64,000 bases of DNA, from IMG/VR virus record IMGVR_UViG_3300009103_000001, positions 124,001 through 188,000 of that record, one strand, 5' to 3'. The position numbers and the translations under genes were made by a program. A model generated the notes under the pieces. The model saw nothing but the letters and a program-made list of their open reading frames with translations, was not told the DNA's origin and did no database searches. Numbering within the stretch: position 1 is the first letter of the stretch; each line of letters starts with the position of its first letter. Below are positions 20,118 to 28,232 of the stretch, piece by piece.

Positions 20118-20702
20118 TTAATTTTTTCCAGTAGAACCAAATCCACCATCACCTCTATTAGTTTCATTTATTTCCGTTACTTCAACTAAGTCACCATAAT
20201 CACCACCAACTCTATGTGAAACAACACCTTGAGCAATTCTATCACCTTTTTCCCAAGTAAAAACATTATTACTTAAATTTATTAATAATACTTTAACCTC
20301 ACCTCTATAACCTGTATCTACAGTACCAGGTGTATTTAATACTGTAACACCATTTTTATAAGCCATACCACTTCTTGGTCTTATTTGTAATTCATACCCT
20401 TGTGGTAATTCGAAAAATAGACCTGTTGATACTAATGTTCTTTCTAATGTTTTTAATGTACCAGCTACGTTAGCTCTTAAATCAAAACCAGAATCACCTT
20501 CTTTAGCATAAACTGGGTTTTTATTACTAGATTTATTAATATATTTTATAGTTATTTTTTGGTCCTTATTTTTCCCATAATTTTCTAATGATTCAAGTAG
20601 CCCTATCGTCATATCTAATTCATCTTTAGTTTCTTTTGGCAACATATCCATAGTTGACAATGCTTTTAATTCACTAATTTGTTTTTTTATATCTTCATCC
20701 AT
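20118..20702 (-). CDS. dut: Trimeric dUTPase
   Basis: DSGFDL, IRPRSG, PGTVDTGYRGE, RIAQ, RGDGGFGSTG. Confidence 0.95.
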   Translation of the reverse strand: MDEDIKKQISELKALSTMDMLPKETKDELDMTIGLLESLENYGKNKDQKITIKYINKSSNKNPVYAKEGDSGFDLRANVAGTLKTLERTLVSTGLFFELPQGYELQIRPRSGMAYKNGVTVLNTPGTVDTGYRGEVKVLLINLSNNVFTWEKGDRIAQGVVSHRVGGDYGDLVEVTEINETNRGDGGFGSTGKN

Positions 20703-21412
20703 TATTTTAATCTATTTAATTTATCTATTATATCTATCAATGCTTTAACATCTTTCTCACAATATTCTTTAATTTCTTCATGGTTTTGTTTCCAATAGTT
20801 TTCTGTTACATTACCACCCTTAACTGCACCATTTTTAGGTGAATCAATATCCAATACGGTACACATTAAATCTAACGAACCCAAAGACCAATTATTACCA
20901 AATTGCCAAACATCTTTTGTATCCAAAACTCTTAGTTCCCAAGGTTTGGTATTATGGTTTGGGAATAATTTAGGGGGTTTCATACCATTAATGAAAAATC
21001 TTTTCCCTAAAAAGGGTATATCAAACATTTTAATACTTTGACCACAAAGTTCAAAACCAAGTGGTTCAATCTTATCAAAAACTTCTCTAGTTTTAGTTAA
21101 TATATGTATCTCATCTTCACCATAAAAAGATTCATACCTAGTCTCACCATTTTTTGTCACAAAAGCCATAGAAACACAAGCAACTTTACCAAATTCTGGA
21201 TAAAAAGCCGCAGTTTGTCTATAAACTTCTTGATTAATATCCTCAATAGACATGTCTTCAATTATGGTAGTTTCATCGTTAACTTTTTTCCTAAAAGAAT
21301 CATAATATGATAACCACATATCTAATTCTCTTTTAGGTAATTGTGTTAATAATTCATATTGACTAACTGTTTCAATATCAAAAAATAATAATTTATCTAT
21401 TTTAAATTTCAT
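20702..21412 (-). CDS. Stand-alone PolB-like 3'-5' exonuclease (DnaQ/DEDDy fold)
   Basis: FFDIETV, FDIPFL, DTKDVW, YCEKDV. Confidence 0.8.
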   Translation of the reverse strand: MKFKIDKLLFFDIETVSQYELLTQLPKRELDMWLSYYDSFRKKVNDETTIIEDMSIEDINQEVYRQTAAFYPEFGKVACVSMAFVTKNGETRYESFYGEDEIHILTKTREVFDKIEPLGFELCGQSIKMFDIPFLGKRFFINGMKPPKLFPNHNTKPWELRVLDTKDVWQFGNNWSLGSLDLMCTVLDIDSPKNGAVKGGNVTENYWKQNHEEIKEYCEKDVKALIDIIDKLNRLK

Positions 21413-22718
21413 TTGTTTCCTCTATTAATTGTTTTATTTCTTTTTTATTATCTTTTACTATGGTTTTATAAAACTCAGCTCTTGTATGTGTCACAGTATT
21501 TATGTGATATTTATCTTTTACTGTTTCATATAAATTATTAGATAATAATTCTACTAAACTAGGGTTATCTTTTAATTTTTTCATCGACTTATACCAATCC
21601 TTATGGTTTTTCCTAGTTTCTACTAACATAGCGTTACCATTTTCATTAATTTTACCACCATACTCTATTAATGGTACACAATCTATTGTATATGGTCCAT
21701 AATTTTGTGCAATTAAAGCTTTTTTGTGGAACCCCGCTTCAATAACTTTTAGTTGTGATTTTACCTTATTAAACATGTGTTCTTTTAATGGTGCCATAGA
21801 AACATCAAATAAGTTATAATTAGATGCATAGGTTGTAATAGGTTTGGTCCAAACCCTTCTATATAGTTTATCATTATCATAATAATCTTCATCAGATTCC
21901 CTATCATATTTTTTTAATTGTTTATTAAAATCTTCGTTTAATAACTGATAGTTTTTTGTGAAAAATTCTTCATATCTACACCACACACTTTCTTCTGGTT
22001 TAATTTTTCTAGTTCTTTGTTGTCCAGTATTTTTATCTAACTCAGTGATATTACCCCTAGTATCAAAACCACAAATCACCATTTGCATATTTTCTTTATT
22101 TTCACTTAAAAATCTAACAACACTTTCATTCATCAAAGACAAATCATGATAATGTGAAGAACCACCTAACCAACCAAATCTTATTAATTTATTTGATTTT
22201 TCTGGGTTTGGTGTGAATTGTTTTTCTTCTGGGTCTATTGTATTAGGGAATACTACTACGTTTTTATTTAAATTTTTAATTTCTTCAGCGAATATTTTAG
22301 TGGTAGTACTAACATAGTTAACTTTTTTTATGTTTTCTCTTATTTTTTGACTTAATTTTTCTTTAATTATTATCTGATAAGCAGGATGTTCTTTACTTGG
22401 TTGCCAATAATCATCTAAATCCATTATAGTCAAAATACCTAGTTTATGTATTTTATTCAATATCTCAAACATATCTTCTAGATATACTTGTTGATATGCA
22501 CCGTTTTTTAATGATGGTAGTGTTCTGTGAAAATGTATAATATCAAAATTTTTCAAATACTTTTCATCCCAACTAAAAGTATCTGTACCGGCTGGCACAA
22601 TTTCAACATAGAAATCATCATTATACAATTCTTGTAATTTCATATGGGGTTCAATTGAACGAAATTTTGAAACCCCTGTTCTATCTGAAGGGAATACTAA
22701 AACATTTATTTTACTCAT
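21402..22718 (-). CDS. GT-B glycosyltransferase
   Basis: DLDDYW, GWLGGSSH, FNKVKSQLKVIEAG. Confidence 0.75.
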   Translation of the reverse strand: MSKINVLVFPSDRTGVSKFRSIEPHMKLQELYNDDFYVEIVPAGTDTFSWDEKYLKNFDIIHFHRTLPSLKNGAYQQVYLEDMFEILNKIHKLGILTIMDLDDYWQPSKEHPAYQIIIKEKLSQKIRENIKKVNYVSTTTKIFAEEIKNLNKNVVVFPNTIDPEEKQFTPNPEKSNKLIRFGWLGGSSHYHDLSLMNESVVRFLSENKENMQMVICGFDTRGNITELDKNTGQQRTRKIKPEESVWCRYEEFFTKNYQLLNEDFNKQLKKYDRESDEDYYDNDKLYRRVWTKPITTYASNYNLFDVSMAPLKEHMFNKVKSQLKVIEAGFHKKALIAQNYGPYTIDCVPLIEYGGKINENGNAMLVETRKNHKDWYKSMKKLKDNPSLVELLSNNLYETVKDKYHINTVTHTRAEFYKTIVKDNKKEIKQLIEETNEI

Positions 22719-22779
22719 AATTTTTAATTTGTATTAATATAATACATTATGAGTACTTAGTAAATAAAAAATTATTTTA

Positions 22780-22833
22780 TTACTTTTTTACTTTTCCTTT
22801 GTTTCCTTTACAACCACATCCTTTTTGTGCCAT
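22780..22833 (-). CDS. Putative 17-aa basic micropeptide MAQKGCGCKGNKGKVKK
   Basis: ATG at 22833, TAA at 22780; A-rich leader like those of neighbouring genes; fills the gap at the end of the operon; too short for the ORF track. Confidence 0.45.
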   Translation of the reverse strand: MAQKGCGCKGNKGKVKK

Positions 22834-22859
22834 TTTAATATTTCTTTTTTAGAATTTAG

Positions 22860-23384
22860 TTATTTTTTCTTTACCGTTTTAATCTTTCTTAATAAACTGA
22901 TATTTTCTTGTATCATTTTTTTATCAAAATACTTCTCAACGATAGAAGGTAAAGCTTTAGCAATTTCTTCTGCTATCATTTTTCTTAAAATATTTGGATT
23001 TATAGTAGCAGCGTCTTGCTTTAAATTTTTTGGTGTGTGTCTTTGTTCAGTCATAAAATCAAAACCCATTTCATCATCATAATTTGGGTTAATATCTTTA
23101 ATATCAGATTCATTAAATTCATTGACCATTGATGGTTGTGGTATTGGGTTATCCATCATAGCTTTTTGTATTTCTGGTGGTAATTTTGATTTTTTTATCT
23201 GTTCTTTATATTGTGGTGAATCAATACTTATTTTAGGTTTTTCCATAACTTGTGTCTCACCCATTTGTTCATATAACCCATTAGTTTTTGTATTAGTTGT
23301 TGTAGTTGGGTTAGTGTCGTATTTTGTAGCAGCTTTATCTATAGCTTTTGCTTTTTGTAGTATTGCTTTTAATTTTGGGTCCAT
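22860..23384 (-). CDS. Hypothetical protein
   Basis: 174-aa ORF in the late operon. Confidence 0.6.
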   Translation of the reverse strand: MDPKLKAILQKAKAIDKAATKYDTNPTTTTNTKTNGLYEQMGETQVMEKPKISIDSPQYKEQIKKSKLPPEIQKAMMDNPIPQPSMVNEFNESDIKDINPNYDDEMGFDFMTEQRHTPKNLKQDAATINPNILRKMIAEEIAKALPSIVEKYFDKKMIQENISLLRKIKTVKKK

Positions 23385-23385
23385 T

Positions 23386-23769
23386 TTAGAACTTTGCTTG
23401 TTTATAAATTTGTGTCATACTCCCATCACCTCTATCATTATACTTAGGAACCCTAGGGTCTCTATCTGATATTGGTGAATAAAAGATTTTTGGGGTTTTA
23501 ACCCAAGATGTTATTCTATCTGCTCTAAATGTTTTCCATCCAGGTTGGTCAGTATCAGTAACACCCTCAACTTGGTAGACCCTAATTATTGGATTGCCAG
23601 CTTTAGATATACCATAAACATAGGGTTCAATCCATCTCCAACCCTTTTCCATAGTATTATCACCCTCATAGTAACATCTTATTGTTCTATGTTTTTCTAT
23701 GGCGTCCTCAATTTCAGACCTACTTGCATTTTCTAATATAAGATTTTCAAGTAGATAGTAAAGTTTCAT
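23386..23769 (-). CDS. Stand-alone WYL-like domain protein
   Basis: Likely start MKLYYLL at 23769; YEG...RWIEPYVYG...IRVYQ...GWKTFRADRI. Confidence 0.65.
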   Translation of the reverse strand: MKLYYLLENLILENASRSEIEDAIEKHRTIRCYYEGDNTMEKGWRWIEPYVYGISKAGNPIIRVYQVEGVTDTDQPGWKTFRADRITSWVKTPKIFYSPISDRDPRVPKYNDRGDGSMTQIYKQAKF

Positions 23770-23770
23770 T

Positions 23771-24136
23771 TTACCAATATTGTTCACCGAAATTATATGT
23801 ATAATAGTTAAACCCTGGTTTGTATTTATTACCAGATGAGTAAAGTAATACATCTTTTCTTTGTTCATCTATAAGTGTTCCAACACCTTGACCAGGACCA
23901 ACCTCACCCCTACCATGGTCATCACCATCGTGTTGAGCGTTTGGATGTTGTGAACTATATCCTTGGTTTGGCACATTCTTATATTCATTAAACGAGGTTT
24001 GCTGTGCTCTTTGTACATTACCCTCAACTTTAAGTGATGGTAATTGATTTGTTACAGCTCCACCATTTGGGTTTAATTCTTGTACTGAAGCAGCGTCTGT
24101 TAATATTGGTGCTATAGAAGTTAAATGATGTGACAT
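23771..24136 (-). CDS. Hypothetical protein
   Basis: 121-aa ORF overlapping the upstream stop. Confidence 0.6.
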   Translation of the reverse strand: MSHHLTSIAPILTDAASVQELNPNGGAVTNQLPSLKVEGNVQRAQQTSFNEYKNVPNQGYSSQHPNAQHDGDDHGRGEVGPGQGVGTLIDEQRKDVLLYSSGNKYKPGFNYYTYNFGEQYW

Positions 24137-24612
24137 AATTTTTTATTTTTATTAATTATTGTTATAAAGTCTTCCATGACTCTTATATTATAAATACCTT
24201 CTTGTCTTAAAATTTTTTTAACATCAGAATCATTATTGTTTATTTTAACATTATCTATGTTAATTTCATCTTTTTGATATTGGTTGGGCATCCCAACATT
24301 CTTCATGCTACTTTTTTTAGAGTCAATATTATTTCTCATATTACTTAAACTCATATTTACCCAATCTTTCATTTTTGTTCCACCATTCAAAAGATATGGT
24401 GTATCACTTTTTTTACCAGAAAAGTTATCAAAAAAGTTTTTAATTCTTTTTAATTGTTCATATGATATATTTTTATTATCACACAAATTTTTTAATCTGT
24501 TATAACCTTCAACTGTTTTATCACCACAATAAGCATTAAAAATTTTACTTAAATGTTTATTAACATCCTTATCTATAGTTATTTCTATGCCAACTAATTC
24601 ACTATTAGCCAT
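24121..24612 (-). CDS. Hypothetical protein
   Basis: 163-aa ORF containing ISYEQLKRIKNFF...YLLNGG. Confidence 0.6.
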   Translation of the reverse strand: MANSELVGIEITIDKDVNKHLSKIFNAYCGDKTVEGYNRLKNLCDNKNISYEQLKRIKNFFDNFSGKKSDTPYLLNGGTKMKDWVNMSLSNMRNNIDSKKSSMKNVGMPNQYQKDEINIDNVKINNNDSDVKKILRQEGIYNIRVMEDFITIINKNKKLCHII

Positions 24613-25193
24613 TATTTAAATTTTTTTTTAAGTTCTTCTTTATACTCTACTGGTATATCTGACATATCCATATCTAATAAAAAATTTAATAATATAGCTT
24701 TTTCTTCTCCAGTTGCGTTATTTTTTTCTATTAATTCTTTTAGTGAAGAAACTTTTCTAATTAAAATGGGGTTGGTATCTCTAATAGCATCTATATTTTG
24801 TATACCATTTAATCTTAAATCTTTTACTTTGTCTATAAATTCCCTATCAAAATCTTTTTTTGTAAAAATATCTTCTATTAAAGAATTCATTTTTATTCTA
24901 GAATTTTCTTTAATTTTATTTTTAGATTTTTTAGATTTTTTAGGTTTTTTAGGTTTTTTAAATTCTTTTTCTGGTGTTTCTAAATCATCATTAGTATCAT
25001 CGTTCTCACCATAATATACCCTATAACCTAAACCATATTCATTATCAGCATTTTTAGGTTGTCTAGACATTCTTATAAAATCATCTGTAGTTAATTTAGA
25101 TGTGGTCATGTTATCTATTTGATTTATAGGCATGTCCCCACCAATTCTACTACCATCTTTATCTATTAATTCTGAAAGAAATAAAATACTCAT
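24612..25193 (-). CDS. Hypothetical protein, first gene of a putative late operon
   Basis: 193-aa ORF with a Lys-rich KKPKKPKKSKKSK tract; TATTTATA upstream. Confidence 0.6.
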   Translation of the reverse strand: MSILFLSELIDKDGSRIGGDMPINQIDNMTTSKLTTDDFIRMSRQPKNADNEYGLGYRVYYGENDDTNDDLETPEKEFKKPKKPKKSKKSKNKIKENSRIKMNSLIEDIFTKKDFDREFIDKVKDLRLNGIQNIDAIRDTNPILIRKVSSLKELIEKNNATGEEKAILLNFLLDMDMSDIPVEYKEELKKKFK

Positions 25194-25206
25194 AATTACT
25201 TTTATA

Positions 25207-25214
25207 TATAAATA
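25207..25214 (-). promoter_or_regulatory. Candidate phage late promoter TATTTATA
   Basis: Sense-strand motif just upstream of 25193. Confidence 0.5.
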
Positions 25215-25222
25215 TTAGGTAA

Positions 25223-28141
25223 TTATGATAATTTTACTTTATTTTCTACAATATTAGATGTTTTATAAACTAAATTAGAATCTTTAGAGTCTATTGAATC
25301 TATTGGGCCATTAAACCTATCTTTAATCATATATGTTGGTAATATTCTTTTCTTCTCCCAAAATTTAAATTCCTCTGGACTTGGTGTCATCAATTCTTTT
25401 AAATCGTCTTGGTCTCCAATATTAGTTGGTATACCAGAAACTAATTCTAATTCTGTTCTTGTAAAATATTGTTTTTCTGATGGGTCTGTTAATAATAAAG
25501 ATTCTCTGATATGTGTATTAAATACTACTAAAAGTGGTTCTACTTTTTTATTAAAAGCATCAATATATCTAGGTACATTGTAATCACCTTTCATTTCTGG
25601 ATTTTTTTCTATATCATCAGCACTAATTAAATAAGAATTAAAGATTAATGTACCCTCTGGTGGGTCTTTTTTTGTTTTTCTAACTTGTATATCTCCATGT
25701 GATTTTCTTGTCCCATTATTAACATAATACACATTATCACCTAATTGTGGGTTAATTTTATTTTCTATTAACAACTCCATATGTGCTTGTCTAGGTAATG
25801 GTTGACCGTTTTTATTTAAACCACGATTTCTATATTGTTTTATTGTTTTTTTAACTTTAGAGTTATTAGCTATTTCAGCTAATGGTATGTCCATATTATA
25901 AATTCTTTCTAAGTAATTATTATAATAATCTACAAACTCTTTACCATTACCATTCAATAACATTTTTATACCATTATTTAAAAATGTTTTAATATATTTT
26001 TGTATTGTTTTACCTTTTATTGTATTACCAGTTAATTTAATTTTACCGTTTGGTTTTAATGTTGCGTAATTTTTACGAGATAAGTTAATAGTTGCTGGCC
26101 AAACTTCATCTATATCTAACCCCATAACCCCATGCATAAACCTATCATTATATTCAGCAACATCTGCGTCAATACCATTATATTCTTTACCCTCTTCAAC
26201 AAACCTATGATAACCACGACCAATATATTTATGGTCATTAACTTTTTTGTCATAAGAAAAATTAACACCATCAGTATCTAACACTAAAGGTTTATAATTT
26301 CTTTCCATAAAAAACCCAATCATATGTCTCAAATATTGTCTACCAGTACAAGTAATCATTTCACCCGAATCAATGTCACCCCAAGGGAATATGTATGGAG
26401 CGGATATAGAACCAAAAGCAGAGTTATTAAATATTTTAATCGGTAGTTGTTTTTTATCGAATTTACTACCTAATTTTTCATTACCTTCTTTATAATATTT
26501 TCCAGATAGAAATTTATATTCATTACGAGTATCTAAAAGATATTGTAACATAGCTTCTAAAGCCCCAGAAACATCAACATCAGGGAATACATTATGTGTT
26601 AATTGTATCGATGGATAAAGTGAAGCGTAATCAAATTTAGCTATATTAATACTATACCCTAAATTTAACAACCTAGATAAACCACCAACAAAATCTCTTT
26701 TAGGTTGTACATCTGGTAACGCTAAATCATTCTCATATGACCAAGCCATCATAAGTGTTTTCCACATTGTAGCGGTACCCATAGTGATTGAACGATTAAA
26801 ATTTGTTGGTACTAAAGCCGCGGTTAAAAACCCAGCTTGAGCATAGATGTCATCCACTTGTTCAGTTTCTAAAAGGTCGTCATTTAGATATTCTTTTAAT
26901 AAGAACCTACCATTTACGGTTTCCCACTTATCTTCATAACCTTCAACAACCTTTGCTAATGGTTTATCATCACCCAAACCATACCATTGACCTGAAGTTG
27001 GATTATAGTTAAATTCTTTATTTTCTTTCCAAATCTCACCTAATTTAGTACCATCTATATAAACTCTATTAGGTCTTTCCAAACCAGCTTCTTGAGCGAT
27101 ATACTTTAACTTACCAAATTGTAAATTTGAATTTAAAGCCATAGCTTGTCTAACCCTATGATATGTATCCATAACATTATGTCCCCACAATAGTGTTTGG
27201 TCATAATCTTCAATTTCTGCACCCAATTTTAAAGTAGACTTTTTTCTTGTCATTTTTATCATTGGATGTTTTGTTTTAGCGATTTCATCTAAATTCATGC
27301 CCAATAACTGTACTCTACCTGGTATTAGTTTTTTCTCTATTTTAGGTCTTCTACGACCAGTAGTAACCTTAGTTTCTTCATTTTTACCAATTAAATAAGT
27401 CCAGTCAAAGTTTTCTGAGTTATAACCAATAATAATTGTTGGTTCCAACTCGTGTATAATTTGGAAAAAGTCTTTTATCATTTGTCTTTCACCTTCCTCA
27501 CTATAGTTACCGTCACCATCGTAAGCTGTTAATAATTTTTTAAAACCACGATTATCTTTAACCCCAATCATAAATGCATGACCATCAGATGGGCTAAGGC
27601 TAGTTGTTTCAATATCAAATGTTAGTTTATGGACTTCAGTATAATCTTCATAACCTTTAAAAAGTCTTTTACCAGTTTGAATCATAAATTGTTCTACTGG
27701 TGGTAATATTTGCACTAGTCTTCTATCTCTATCCCAAGGATTTACACCACCTTTTTTAAAAAAGTTAACTAAATCACGATAAGTACCACTAGTTTTAACA
27801 ATATATTTAAAACCGTCTTCTAATCTTTTATTATTACCTGTTTTTAGTTTTTGTGTGTATATTCCGTATTTTCTGGCTTCTCTTCTAATAACCTCTAAAT
27901 CGTCATTATAAAAACCACTACCTCTAAGTGATTTAGTCCAGCAAAATGGTGTGAATTTTTGTATTTTTATTTTTTTACCCTTAACTGGGTCATCTATGAT
28001 AATATAAACTTTATTGGTTTCATCTATTGACCAATCATTCGTTTGGTCCAATTCAATTGAAACTATGTACTTTTCTTCATCATAACCTTCTAGGAATTTT
28101 TTTATATCTTCTGGTGTCGCCTTTTTTATTTCTTCATTCAT
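25223..28141 (-). CDS. polB: Family B DNA polymerase
   Basis: Exo motifs FDIETT, GYNSENFD, YLNDD; polymerase motifs FDYASLYPS, KIFNNSAFG, LDTDG. Confidence 0.92.
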   Translation of the reverse strand: MNEEIKKATPEDIKKFLEGYDEEKYIVSIELDQTNDWSIDETNKVYIIIDDPVKGKKIKIQKFTPFCWTKSLRGSGFYNDDLEVIRREARKYGIYTQKLKTGNNKRLEDGFKYIVKTSGTYRDLVNFFKKGGVNPWDRDRRLVQILPPVEQFMIQTGKRLFKGYEDYTEVHKLTFDIETTSLSPSDGHAFMIGVKDNRGFKKLLTAYDGDGNYSEEGERQMIKDFFQIIHELEPTIIIGYNSENFDWTYLIGKNEETKVTTGRRRPKIEKKLIPGRVQLLGMNLDEIAKTKHPMIKMTRKKSTLKLGAEIEDYDQTLLWGHNVMDTYHRVRQAMALNSNLQFGKLKYIAQEAGLERPNRVYIDGTKLGEIWKENKEFNYNPTSGQWYGLGDDKPLAKVVEGYEDKWETVNGRFLLKEYLNDDLLETEQVDDIYAQAGFLTAALVPTNFNRSITMGTATMWKTLMMAWSYENDLALPDVQPKRDFVGGLSRLLNLGYSINIAKFDYASLYPSIQLTHNVFPDVDVSGALEAMLQYLLDTRNEYKFLSGKYYKEGNEKLGSKFDKKQLPIKIFNNSAFGSISAPYIFPWGDIDSGEMITCTGRQYLRHMIGFFMERNYKPLVLDTDGVNFSYDKKVNDHKYIGRGYHRFVEEGKEYNGIDADVAEYNDRFMHGVMGLDIDEVWPATINLSRKNYATLKPNGKIKLTGNTIKGKTIQKYIKTFLNNGIKMLLNGNGKEFVDYYNNYLERIYNMDIPLAEIANNSKVKKTIKQYRNRGLNKNGQPLPRQAHMELLIENKINPQLGDNVYYVNNGTRKSHGDIQVRKTKKDPPEGTLIFNSYLISADDIEKNPEMKGDYNVPRYIDAFNKKVEPLLVVFNTHIRESLLLTDPSEKQYFTRTELELVSGIPTNIGDQDDLKELMTPSPEEFKFWEKKRILPTYMIKDRFNGPIDSIDSKDSNLVYKTSNIVENKVKLS

Positions 28142-28212
28142 ATATTTAGATTTTTGGTACGGGTTAATCTTTAACCACTCGTTATTAGTTAATAATAAAA
28201 ATAAAAAAATAC

Positions 28213-28232
28213 AATCTAAATAGATTTAGATT
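28213..28232 (-). terminator. Possible weak intrinsic terminator after the DHH gene
   Basis: Inverted repeat aatctaaat-ag-atttagatt followed on the minus strand by a T-rich run; AT-rich stem. Confidence 0.3.

Noticed and set aside
80-22718. Host-derived O-antigen or capsule locus (prophage flank or contamination)
   Set aside because: Interleaved with phage-type phoH, dut, an HslV-like gene and an exonuclease, with the same composition and leaders; lacks wzx, wzy and export genes
309-24505. Many short plus-strand ORFs opposite the glycan and late operons
   Set aside because: They fully overlap well-supported minus-strand genes and have no motifs; treated as shadow ORFs
25223-28141. Intein or intron in polB
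   Set aside because: Continuous 972-aa ORF with no splicing or homing-endonuclease motifs seen; only short insertions
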